A DNA stretch of 64,000 nt from Ignavibacteria bacterium (GTDB lineage: Bacteria > Bacteroidota > Ignavibacteria > Kapaibacteriales > Kapaibacteriaceae). Positions within the stretch are counted from its first letter, which is position 1. Each line of letters begins with the position of its first letter. Both the position numbers and the translations under genes were made by a program. The stretch is taken from assembly GCA_040380835.1 (NCBI GenBank), contig JBEIIK010000001.1, positions 4,810 to 68,809 on the forward strand. The letters run 5' to 3'. Below the pieces are notes generated by a model that was not told the DNA's origin, made no database searches, and was given only the letters and a program-made list of their open reading frames with translations. This document shows positions 10,439-19,149 of the stretch, piece after piece.

Positions 10439-11805
10439 AGAATGCCACAATAGCTATCATCGTTGCTGTCTTTGCCGTCTTCGCCCCGACGGGCACCCTT
10501 CAGGGCCAGTCCGCTGCACAGGTGCAGCGCGCATTTGCCGGCGAGGCCGGTGAACGCCTCTATGCTGATGTGATAGTTGTGCCGCGTCAGGGGGCTGATT
10601 CGGCTGATCTGTTCGTCAGCTTCCGTGTTGCCCACAACGTTCTGAACTTTACGCGCGTTACAGATCGCGGTAACAATGCCGGCAACTTCTGGGCAGAGTT
10701 CACGCTCAGCGTCGAGGTCCGCGATTCGATCGGCGTGATACGCTCGCGAACGCGGTTCAAAGACACGGCCTATGTCAATACCTACGAGGAGTCGATTGAC
10801 CGGGCCGGTATGCATCGGGGCAGTTGCCGCGTGGGAATCGCACCGGGACGCTATCGCGTTATGCTCGAAACCCTCTCGCAGCGTGATGCAAATAAACGCA
10901 GTGTTACACTGCCGACCGTCTACTATGTTCCACAGACCGTTCAGCAGAAGGTACCCGGATTTATCGGTATGGAGCGCAGGGAGACTAACCGTTGGACCGT
11001 CGAGCCGCTCGTGTTCAACCGCAATGTTCCGTTTGGCAGCAAGCCTTGTGTGGCCGTGTTCATCACCGGTGACTCGTCGGGTGTGCAGTATGACTATGTG
11101 GTGCGTCAGTTGCCCTACGGACCAAAGGATATCCGTTGGTGGGTTGACGCCGAATTCTCCGGTACTGTGCGATCACGCGCTGATGTGGCCCTGAGCGGAC
11201 AGCTCGAGCCCAACGCCTCGGCACGATTACTGCTGACCGCGCAGTCCTCGGCATCGTACGGAATTGTCATGGTTCCGATCGATGCGCCGCAGCTGGCACC
11301 CGGCAACTACATCGTGCGGCTTGCCAGAAGGGGCGGGCGTGACACCATGGAGCTACCGTTTCTAGTGCAATGGGAGCTGATGCCGCAGTCCCTGCGCACA
11401 CTCTCCTATGCACTTGAATCGCTGGTGTATATCTGTCCGCAGCAGCAGATGGACTCACTCAAGGACGGAAGTGATGTCCAGAACCGTGAGCGACTCATGG
11501 CCTGGTGGCGCAGAAGCGATCCTACGCCAGAGACGGCCTATAATGAGCGGCTGGCTGAGTACTACCTCCGTGTGGATCATGCAGCAGTAACCTTTACCTC
11601 GGCGAATGAACCCGATGGTGTGTTCACCGATCGGGGTAAGGTCTACATCCTGTTCGGGCGGCCCAGTAAGGTCGAGAAGAAACTTTCCCGTTCGGGATCC
11701 TCGATAGAAGTATGGACCTACCGTAGCGGGGTGCGCAAAACCTACGAGTTCGAGATCAACAATGACGGAGTCTTCAAGCTCATGACGATCTCCGATACAA
11801 AGTAG
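10435..11805 (+). CDS. GWxTD domain-containing secreted protein
   Basis: Signal peptide. The C-terminal 'WWRRSDPTPETAYNERLAEYYLRVDHA...DGVFTDRGKVYILFGRPSKVEK...IEVWTY' matches the GWxTD-domain pattern. Confidence 0.7.
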   Translation: MKNATIAIIVAVFAVFAPTGTLQGQSAAQVQRAFAGEAGERLYADVIVVPRQGADSADLFVSFRVAHNVLNFTRVTDRGNNAGNFWAEFTLSVEVRDSIGVIRSRTRFKDTAYVNTYEESIDRAGMHRGSCRVGIAPGRYRVMLETLSQRDANKRSVTLPTVYYVPQTVQQKVPGFIGMERRETNRWTVEPLVFNRNVPFGSKPCVAVFITGDSSGVQYDYVVRQLPYGPKDIRWWVDAEFSGTVRSRADVALSGQLEPNASARLLLTAQSSASYGIVMVPIDAPQLAPGNYIVRLARRGGRDTMELPFLVQWELMPQSLRTLSYALESLVYICPQQQMDSLKDGSDVQNRERLMAWWRRSDPTPETAYNERLAEYYLRVDHAAVTFTSANEPDGVFTDRGKVYILFGRPSKVEKKLSRSGSSIEVWTYRSGVRKTYEFEINNDGVFKLMTISDTK

Positions 11806-11809
11806 GAGC

Positions 11810-12220
11810 TCAGTAGCCTTCCACGGGCTCCCACGCATCGCCTTCGCAAGGCGGCTCGGACGACGTAACGTGGACGTCCATTACCGTACACAGCTGATTG
11901 GTCGCATTGAAGTGACGGCACGCACCGCAGAGGGTTTCATGGGCGATCCTCTCGACACTCTCATGGAAGGCCTGATGCTGAAGCCAGGCCGGATACACCC
12001 CGACCCCCCAGATGCTGAGCATCGCCGTCCACCACACGATGGTTGAATCAAGGACGTTTGTCAGCGCAATGCACACAAGGCCCAGAATGGCCACGCGGAT
12101 CATGGCTGCCGTGACGATGGATCCGGTGGTGTAGTAGGGACGCTCGGACACGTGGGCCGGCTCTCTCATGCGAAGTAAGAGCAGATCAACCCAGCGGTCA
12201 TCACGTTCTCTGCGGCTCAT
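11810..12220 (-). CDS. small membrane protein with a C-terminal 4-Cys (CxxC...C...C) module, hypothetical
   Basis: ATG at 12220 overlaps the TGA of the upstream GT2 gene (ATGA). Two predicted TM helices ('IRVAILGLVCIALTNVL' and 'WWTAMLSIWGVGVYPAWL'), then 'CGACRHFNATNQLC...PPC'. The rest of tracked ORF 11810..12604 runs out of frame across the GT2 gene. Confidence 0.5.
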   Translation of the reverse strand: MSRRERDDRWVDLLLLRMREPAHVSERPYYTTGSIVTAAMIRVAILGLVCIALTNVLDSTIVWWTAMLSIWGVGVYPAWLQHQAFHESVERIAHETLCGACRHFNATNQLCTVMDVHVTSSEPPCEGDAWEPVEGY

Positions 12221-13428
12221 CGACTGTCTCCCGTTCGTGCGTAACTGCGGCCCTTCCACTGCGAGCCGGAGCGCGAGTACGCCCAGCGGACCGAGTTGAT
12301 TCCAATCAGTATCGTCCAGAGCGCCGTCACGGGCTGCAAGACCACGTGCCAGAGAGGCATGCGAAAGCGGATGCTGATCGTCAGCCGGATGAATCCAGCA
12401 CAGGCCAGCGCATAGGACGATGCGGCGATCATTGTCGTGTCGGAAATGGTAAGCCCCATGACCAGACTCATCACGGGCAAGACGTATGTAAGGGCAAGGT
12501 GCACCAGAAAGAGCGTCATCACCGGCAGGTTGTAGCGCGTGGCAGGGAACATGTTCTTCGAAAAGCCTCTTGTGACCTCCGAAGCTCCGGTGTACATGTG
12601 GCATGAGACGGCATCGGTTCCGTCAACCAAGGCAATGCGGCCGCCGGCGGCCTTGACGGCGCGTGCCAGAAAGACGTCCTCGACCAGAGAGTTCCAGACG
12701 GCTGTATGCCCGCCGACGAGTTCGTAGCCAACACGAGAAAAACAGATGAACTGGCCGTTTGCAGCCGAAAGCGATACACGCGGATTACTGATGACAAGGC
12801 TGTTTGGCAGATACGAGAAATACAGTACGTGGACCATCGGGATAACGGCATGTTCGCCAAAGGAGGATAACACCTGGTAAGGTACGAGTGAGAACATCGA
12901 GAGATTCTGCTCTGTGAGAAACCGTACCGATCGCGCCACCGTAGTGGGCTGGTGCACGGTGTCGGCATCTGTGAACAGCAATACGTCTGCTTCGGTGGCC
13001 TGCGAAAGCTGGTGGCAAGCCCATGACTTGCCCACCCATTCATTGGGCAGGGGGCTTCCGCTTATCACACGCAGGTTGCTGAATTCCTGCGCCAGACGTT
13101 CGAGGATCGCGCCCGTACCATCGGTGGATGAATCATTCAGAACAATGACCTCCAGACGCGTGTACGACTGCCGACACAACGAGCGGACACATGCCTCGAT
13201 GCAACGCTCCTCGTTACGTGCCGGCACCAGAATCGCCGCGCGTGGAAGGGCATTGTCATCGTCGGCGGAGAACGGGGCAAGGCGCGCAAATCGTATCAGA
13301 TTGAACACGCTCACCGCCAGTAAGATGCTGCAGACGGCTACAGCATGGGCGGCACTCCACCAGAGGAACCAATGCAGCGAAATCGCAGGCTCGGGAGGGG
13401 AAATCAATGGCGGCAGATCGAATAGCAT
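12217..13428 (-). CDS. membrane-embedded family-2 glycosyltransferase (candidate carotenoid glycosyltransferase, CruC-like)
   Basis: GT2 core 'AILVPARNEERCIEACVRSLCRQSY...EVIVLNDSSTDGT' and 'LLFTDADT', with TM helices on both sides. The first ATG is at 13428; position 13500 is a GTG. Lies divergent to the crtC-like gene. Confidence 0.75.
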   Translation of the reverse strand: MLFDLPPLISPPEPAISLHWFLWWSAAHAVAVCSILLAVSVFNLIRFARLAPFSADDDNALPRAAILVPARNEERCIEACVRSLCRQSYTRLEVIVLNDSSTDGTGAILERLAQEFSNLRVISGSPLPNEWVGKSWACHQLSQATEADVLLFTDADTVHQPTTVARSVRFLTEQNLSMFSLVPYQVLSSFGEHAVIPMVHVLYFSYLPNSLVISNPRVSLSAANGQFICFSRVGYELVGGHTAVWNSLVEDVFLARAVKAAGGRIALVDGTDAVSCHMYTGASEVTRGFSKNMFPATRYNLPVMTLFLVHLALTYVLPVMSLVMGLTISDTTMIAASSYALACAGFIRLTISIRFRMPLWHVVLQPVTALWTILIGINSVRWAYSRSGSQWKGRSYARTGDSR

Positions 13429-13486
13429 CGTCCAAGCTACGAACCATCCGGATTCGGTAGTTTTGCGCCCTGGAAAGCCCCTTTTT

Positions 13487-14482
13487 ATGCAGATCCTCAC
13501 CGGACTTGAGAACGACCACTGTCACTGGCTCGACGGGCCAGGTGCCTATGAGTGGTGGTATGCCGATGCGCTCGACGCAACTGGAGAATGGGGCGTCGTG
13601 ATGATCCTGTTCCGTGGTATGCCGATGTCGCCGGACTACCTTGCTGCTCCCGAATCGATGCATGGGGGCTACGCGCTCAGCATCTACCACCGAGGTGTGC
13701 GCATTGCCTTTGCGTTTGGAGGTCATCCGCTGCACTCATGCAGCTTTTCTGACGAACGTCCCGAAGTCCGCATGCCCGTGGCGAATCTTTCCATAGAGGG
13801 GGCGAACCTTGTCATGGCGATCGATGCACCATGTGGCGGTGACGGGCGCCGCGCTGCGGTGCGGATCGAGATGTCCACCGCACCCGATTCGGGGAAACCT
13901 CCCGAGCAGATCGATGCCGCTCATGCTTGGGTGCTGGCTGCGGCGCGCATACCGGCCACGGTTGATATCCAAATCAGTGAGTCCCATGCCACGATGATTG
14001 AGCGGTCATTTTCGACGCTGGCATATCATGACCATAACATGGGGTCGCGGGCCATGGCATCGGACTACCGCGACTGGTACTGGGGACGGTTCCATGCCCA
14101 GCAGCACACGTACGTGTTCCTCGTAACACGTCGCTCAAAGGACTCGGTCGAATGGTTCGGTCGGCTGCATGATGATGGTCGCGTGGAGGCATTCAGTGAC
14201 GTCCATCTCGAGTTACGTGGTCATCGGTTGTCGATGATGGGGCTTAGCTTTCACCGCGAGCTGGAACTCACCGGCCTGGATGCCGCGGGCAAGGCCGTCA
14301 AAGCAGTATGCTCTAACCGCCAGGTCTGCGAAGATGGACCGTTCTATCAACGCTACCTCAGTCACTGGTCCATAGACGGACAAGTAACCGGACCTGGAAT
14401 GTCTGAGTACATGGACGTGCGACGGCTTACAAAGGCCTGGATACGACCCTTCCTGCGACTTCCGTGGGTGGTATCTTCGTAG
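13487..14482 (+). CDS. crtC: carotenoid 1,2-hydratase (hydroxyneurosporene synthase, CrtC family)
   Basis: 'GAYEWWYADALDATGEWGVVMILFRG...SPDY', 'AYHDHNMGSRAMASDYRDWYWGRFH' and 'CEDGPFYQRYL...FLRLP' match conserved CrtC blocks as I remember them. The upstream 190 codons of tracked ORF 12914.. are antisense to the GT2 gene. Confidence 0.7.
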   Translation: MQILTGLENDHCHWLDGPGAYEWWYADALDATGEWGVVMILFRGMPMSPDYLAAPESMHGGYALSIYHRGVRIAFAFGGHPLHSCSFSDERPEVRMPVANLSIEGANLVMAIDAPCGGDGRRAAVRIEMSTAPDSGKPPEQIDAAHAWVLAAARIPATVDIQISESHATMIERSFSTLAYHDHNMGSRAMASDYRDWYWGRFHAQQHTYVFLVTRRSKDSVEWFGRLHDDGRVEAFSDVHLELRGHRLSMMGLSFHRELELTGLDAAGKAVKAVCSNRQVCEDGPFYQRYLSHWSIDGQVTGPGMSEYMDVRRLTKAWIRPFLRLPWVVSS

Positions 14483-14484
14483 CT

Positions 14485-16260
14485 GTGTCGTCGCGCATTC
14501 ACATACTGCCGGAATTCATTGCTAATCAGATCGCTGCCGGTGAGGTTGTGCAGCGTCCGGAGTCTGTCGTCAAGGAACTTGTCGAAAACTCCATTGATGC
14601 CGGTGCCGGATGTGTAACGGTCGTTGTGCAGGGGGCTGGCAAGAGCCTGATCCACGTCATCGACGACGGCTCTGGAATGTCGAAGGAAGATCTGGAACTC
14701 TGCCTTGTGCGGCACGCCACGAGCAAGATCAGCACGGAGGAAGATCTGCATCGCATCGCTACGCTTGGATTCCGTGGTGAAGCAATGGCATCAATTGCCG
14801 CCGTGGCCGATGTCGAGGTACGCACGCGAAGCCGGGAGGCAGATCTTGGCTGGACGCTAACATCGCAGCCCGGTAAGCCCCTTGCAATGGCTCCGGCTGC
14901 CAATGAGTTCGGAACGCAGATCCTGGTGCGGCAGCTGTTTTCGTCTGTTCCCGGACGTCGCAAGTTCCTGAAATCCGATCTTACTGAGTTTCGATACATC
15001 AGCGAGACCATGCAGACGCTTGCCCTCTCGCGTCCTTCGGTGCGCTTTGTCTTCTACGATGGTCCAACGCGCATCTTCGATCTGCCTGCGTCGGACCTGC
15101 CGTCACGTCTGGGCCGTGTGCTGAGTCTCGATCCTTCTGGCTCGCTTGTCGAGGTTTCAGCCTCTGAAAGTGGCCTCACGCTGCATGGATTTGTTGGACG
15201 TCAGGATGCGGTGCGGCAAAATCGCAGCGCGCAGTTTCTCTTCCTCAATGGCCGTCCTATCAAGAGTCGCGCTCTGGCCCACGCCGTCATTCAGGCCTAT
15301 GAGCACCTGATCAGTCCGAGGGAGTTCCCGGTGTTCGCCCTGTTTCTCGACGTGGATCCCGCGAGGATTGATGTTAATGTCCATCCTCAGAAGCACGAGG
15401 TGAAATTCGACGACGAGCGCCAGGTGTATTTGCTCCTGCAGGACGCGGTCATGCGGGCCCTTTCGCAGGCCAGCATCATACCTCCGGTGATGTCGAATGT
15501 TTCCATTGCCTCGCATCCACTGACATCGCTGCCGTCCTTTCCTCAGGGTGAAAGGCTTGTTGTCAATCGTCTGACTGGGGAGATCTTGCCTCCGCGAGGA
15601 CCGTCTGCCGGGCCAGGGATGAATGTGCCCACCCAGCCACGTTTCACAGGAGCTCACCGTCAGGGATACGATGCACTCTTCGCTCCTCGTGACGTCCCAG
15701 AAGAGTCCCGACAGTTGATCCATGCCACGGCCGAACGTATTATCTGTGTCCTGCCGACGGGTATCATGGTGGTGCGTCCGGTGGCAGCTGCCGAGCGTAT
15801 CTTCTTCGAACAGATCATGGCGCAATCCAATGGATCAGTCGTCCCGCAGACACTGCTCTTTCCGGTTGACATCCCCGTCGATGCATCCCGATGTGCGCTT
15901 TTGGAGGAACATGCCGATCTGATCGTCTCGTCCGGTTTCGCCGTAGACGTGCACGACGGTGTACTGACGGTCTCGGCCGTGCCATCGGTGATCGCTCCCG
16001 GCGAGGAGAGCTCGGTGATCGATGAGCTCATCGCCGCCATGATCGAGGTCGAAACAGCTCCGATGCTGACCCGTTACGAGAGTATCGTTGCAAGGCTTGC
16101 GCGTCAGTATGCGCGGCGCTGTGTTTCCGGAATGACGTCCGAGCGCGCCGAGATGCTTGTGCGCCAGCTCCGTCAGTGCAATATCACGCACCATACCCCG
16201 TTTGGGGCACCGACATATACCATGATACCCTTTGAAGAACTCGACCGGAGGTTGTCGTAA
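14485..16260 (+). CDS. mutL: DNA mismatch repair protein MutL
   Basis: GHKL ATPase N-terminus 'IHILPEFIANQIAAGEVVQRPESVVKELVENSIDAGA' and 'DDGSGM', 'TLGFRGEA', 'VNVHPQKHEVKF'. The GTG at 14485 gives the canonical N-terminus; the alternative is GTG 14464. Confidence 0.92.
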   Translation: MSSRIHILPEFIANQIAAGEVVQRPESVVKELVENSIDAGAGCVTVVVQGAGKSLIHVIDDGSGMSKEDLELCLVRHATSKISTEEDLHRIATLGFRGEAMASIAAVADVEVRTRSREADLGWTLTSQPGKPLAMAPAANEFGTQILVRQLFSSVPGRRKFLKSDLTEFRYISETMQTLALSRPSVRFVFYDGPTRIFDLPASDLPSRLGRVLSLDPSGSLVEVSASESGLTLHGFVGRQDAVRQNRSAQFLFLNGRPIKSRALAHAVIQAYEHLISPREFPVFALFLDVDPARIDVNVHPQKHEVKFDDERQVYLLLQDAVMRALSQASIIPPVMSNVSIASHPLTSLPSFPQGERLVVNRLTGEILPPRGPSAGPGMNVPTQPRFTGAHRQGYDALFAPRDVPEESRQLIHATAERIICVLPTGIMVVRPVAAAERIFFEQIMAQSNGSVVPQTLLFPVDIPVDASRCALLEEHADLIVSSGFAVDVHDGVLTVSAVPSVIAPGEESSVIDELIAAMIEVETAPMLTRYESIVARLARQYARRCVSGMTSERAEMLVRQLRQCNITHHTPFGAPTYTMIPFEELDRRLS

Positions 16261-16898
16261 TGATGTTTACCGCAATCAGGGGGCTGACCGTGACATTCGT
16301 GGTGTTCCTGGCCATGGGTGTTGCTCCGTCGATGAGAGCTGCTGGTGACGAAGATCTCGACACGCTCGCACGATGGCTCTCAGGCTCATTCTCCAGTGAA
16401 CGCCAGTCTAAGTTTGACACGAGCTACTATCATGTTGAACTTCACATGAATCGCATCTGGCGAACACGTAACGACGGAATCTGGATGATCGTCGAGCAGG
16501 CCATGGCTGCGTCTGCGCAAGCCCCATACCGGCAGAGAGTGTATCGCATTCGACGCGTCGAGGAGAACATGATCGAGATCGAGATCTACACCTGGAAAGA
16601 TCCCAAACGCGTCATCGGAGCGTGGAAGGATTCGGCTATGCTGGTTGACCTTTCGCCGTCGGACCTGATGCTGCGGCGGGGTTGCGAGGTGTATCTGCAA
16701 CGCGACGAGTTCAAGTTCTTCGGTAGCACGCACGGCACGGCCTGCTCAAGCGATATCCGTGGCGCGTCATATGCAACCTCGGAAGTGAACATCGCCGAAA
16801 AGCTTCTCACCAGCTGGGACCGCGGGTTCACAGCCGACGGACAGCAGGTCTGGGGTGCGGTCAAGGGTCCCTATTACTTCCTGCGTCAAAAGCCCTAG
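16260..16898 (+). CDS. CpcT/CpeT-like (DUF1001) beta-barrel protein with signal peptide
   Basis: 'LARWLSGSFSSERQS', 'WMIVEQAMAASAQAPYRQRVYRI', 'GC...Y', 'WDRGFTADGQQVWGAVKGPYYFLRQ' follow the CpcT/CpeT bilin-lyase family pattern. The N-terminus is hydrophobic, with 'SMRAAG' as a possible cleavage site. TAATG overlap with mutL. Confidence 0.6.
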   Translation: MMFTAIRGLTVTFVVFLAMGVAPSMRAAGDEDLDTLARWLSGSFSSERQSKFDTSYYHVELHMNRIWRTRNDGIWMIVEQAMAASAQAPYRQRVYRIRRVEENMIEIEIYTWKDPKRVIGAWKDSAMLVDLSPSDLMLRRGCEVYLQRDEFKFFGSTHGTACSSDIRGASYATSEVNIAEKLLTSWDRGFTADGQQVWGAVKGPYYFLRQKP

Positions 16899-16940
16899 TT
16901 TAGCGACTTGTCTGAATTCACAAATACGGATATCACACCC

Positions 16941-17771
16941 ATGGCTTCCACGCGTCATTATGCCCTAATCCTCGGAGTTTCCAGCGGTTTCGGCCGCGCT
17001 GCAGCGCTGGCCATGGCTCAGGAGGGTCTGCACATCATCGGTGTGCATCTTGACCGTGCGGCAGGCATGCAGCAGGTCGAGGAACTCAAGGCAGAGCTCA
17101 CAGCTATCGGAGTGCGCAACGTCTTTTTCAATGTCAATGCAGCCGACTCCGACCGCCGCGCCGAAGTCATGGACGGTATCCGCGCCGAGTTTGATGCCCA
17201 TCCCGGGTCGACGGTGCGCCTGATGCTGCATTCGCTGGCCTTCGGGACGCTCAAGCCATTTCTTGCCGAGAATCCGGCCGATGCGATCAGTCAGAAGAAT
17301 CTCGAGATGACCATGGATGTCATGGCAAACTCGATCATCTACTACACCCAGGATATGGTCCGCAAGGGGCTTATCGACCGCGGCGGACGGATCGTTGGTC
17401 TGACCAGTGCCGGAGCTACGCGCGTTCTGCCGATGTACGGTGCCGTCTCCGCCGCCAAGGCAGCCATGGAAGCATACTGCCGTCAGCTTGGAATGGAGCT
17501 CGCCCCCTATGGCATCACCGCCAACACGATACGAGCGGGTGTTACGGCCACACCGGCTTTGTCAAAGATCCCCGGCAGCGATGTGATCATCAACAATGCG
17601 CTGATGCGTAACCCGTATCATCGTCTGACCACACCTGAGGATGTGGCCAATGTGCTGCGCCTGCTCATACAGGATAATGCCTACTGGATCAACGGCGAAG
17701 TACTCGGCGTTGATGGTGGTGAGGACGCAGTGGATCTGACCTGGTACAAGCCAGGTCAGAGTGAACAGTAA
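16941..17771 (+). CDS. SDR-family oxidoreductase, enoyl-ACP reductase-like (FabI/FabL-type Tyr-x6-Lys)
   Basis: Rossmann N-terminus 'ALILGVSSGFGRAAA'. The active-site region 'MYGAVSAAKAAMEAY' gives Y-x6-K spacing rather than the classical Y-x3-K. Start set at ATG 16941; the alternative is TTG 16908. Confidence 0.55.
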   Translation: MASTRHYALILGVSSGFGRAAALAMAQEGLHIIGVHLDRAAGMQQVEELKAELTAIGVRNVFFNVNAADSDRRAEVMDGIRAEFDAHPGSTVRLMLHSLAFGTLKPFLAENPADAISQKNLEMTMDVMANSIIYYTQDMVRKGLIDRGGRIVGLTSAGATRVLPMYGAVSAAKAAMEAYCRQLGMELAPYGITANTIRAGVTATPALSKIPGSDVIINNALMRNPYHRLTTPEDVANVLRLLIQDNAYWINGEVLGVDGGEDAVDLTWYKPGQSEQ

Positions 17772-17787
17772 GCCGCCTGACCGATTT

Positions 17788-19149
17788 TTAGAGGTACTCG
17801 AGAACGTCGTGGCGCGTCAGCACTCCGTTGATGCTGCCAAACTCGGTTACGGCCACGAGCGGAGCAGTGCGTAGCAACTGAATGGCCGTTTGGATGTCGT
17901 TATGGACGTCCACCTGCGGACATGCCGGCTCCATGATGGTCGTTACGCTTGAGGTTAGAATATCACGGTCATTGATCACGGCAGACATCAGCCTGGCCTC
18001 GCGCACCATGCCGTGAATGCCATCGGCTTCGATCACGGGAAGATCACTGACTTCATGTGAGCTCATCAATGCCAGGGCTTCAGAGATGGTTGCCACGGGT
18101 GGAACGCTGATGACTGACGGTAGTGTGCCGCGTGAGCGCTTGGCAGTGACAACGTCGCGCACGGTGATGCGCTCACGGTCGAGCAGATCCTTTTCTTCGA
18201 GCCACTCATCGGAGTGGTGCTTTGTCAAATATCTCTCACCAGTGTCACAGATAATGGCCACAACGACAGCACTCTCGTCAAGCGTTGCTGCGATGCGCAG
18301 GGCGGCGGCGACATTCATTCCGGACGAGCCGCCGCAGAAAATGCCTTCCTGGCGGGCCAATTGGCGGGCCATGGAGAAGGCTTCCTTGTCATTGACGTTG
18401 ATGATCTCATCAACGAGGTTCAGGTCAAGGTTGTCTGGCAGGCGATCCTGCCCGACACCTTCGACTAGATATGGCAGCGACTCTATCAGGCGTCCGGTCT
18501 CTTTGTAAACCTTCAGAGACGAACCCACCGGGTCGCCGGCCACTACTTTGATATTCGGGTTCATCTTTTTGAGATAGCGAGCCGTACCGCTGATCGTTCC
18601 GCCGGTGCCCATTCCCGCGACGAAGTGAGTGATCTTTCCGTCTGTGTCATTCCAGATCTCAGGTCCGGTGGTACGTTCATGAGCGTCAGCGTTGGACGGA
18701 TTATCGTATTGATTTAGGATCACAGCGCCGGGTATTTCTCCGGCAAGGCGCTGGGCTGTGTTGACGTAGTACTCCGGCGAACTTGGCTTGGCCGCGCTCG
18801 GCATGATCAAGACCTCGCCACCTAACGCTTTGATATAGCGGACACGCTCGACTGAGGCCTTGTCGGTTGTCACCAGAAGGCATGGATACCCTTTCAGCCG
18901 TGCGGCGATCGTCAGCCCGATTCCCGTATTGCCACTCGTGGGCTCAATGATCAGCGAGCCCGGCTTAAGACGTCCATTACGTTCGGCATCTTCGATCATG
19001 GCGATGCCGATCCGGTCCTTGATCGATCCTCCCGGATTGCGGGACTCAAGCTTGACTAGTACGGTGGCTTTAATGTCACGGCCAAGCGTGTTGAGTCGGA
19101 TAAGGGGCGTGCGACCGATCAGGTCCAGTACTGAGGAATGGACGTTCAT
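17788..19149 (-). CDS. cystathionine beta-synthase-like PLP enzyme (CysK/CysM fold plus tandem CBS domains)
   Basis: PLP-lysine motif 'NPGGSIKDR', 'EPTSGNTGIGL' and 'GMGTGGTISG', with two C-terminal CBS domains. Confidence 0.85.
   Translation of the reverse strand: MNVHSSVLDLIGRTPLIRLNTLGRDIKATVLVKLESRNPGGSIKDRIGIAMIEDAERNGRLKPGSLIIEPTSGNTGIGLTIAARLKGYPCLLVTTDKASVERVRYIKALGGEVLIMPSAAKPSSPEYYVNTAQRLAGEIPGAVILNQYDNPSNADAHERTTGPEIWNDTDGKITHFVAGMGTGGTISGTARYLKKMNPNIKVVAGDPVGSSLKVYKETGRLIESLPYLVEGVGQDRLPDNLDLNLVDEIINVNDKEAFSMARQLARQEGIFCGGSSGMNVAAALRIAATLDESAVVVAIICDTGERYLTKHHSDEWLEEKDLLDRERITVRDVVTAKRSRGTLPSVISVPPVATISEALALMSSHEVSDLPVIEADGIHGMVREARLMSAVINDRDILTSSVTTIMEPACPQVDVHNDIQTAIQLLRTAPLVAVTEFGSINGVLTRHDVLEYL

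Noticed and set aside
12914-13486. The first ~190 codons of the 522-aa ORF 12914..14482, which would make a much longer CrtC-like protein.
   Set aside because: This part runs antisense through the GT2 gene, is Arg/Ser/Ala-rich low-information sequence typical of GC-rich antisense frames, and shows no CrtC similarity. Homology begins near ATG 13487.
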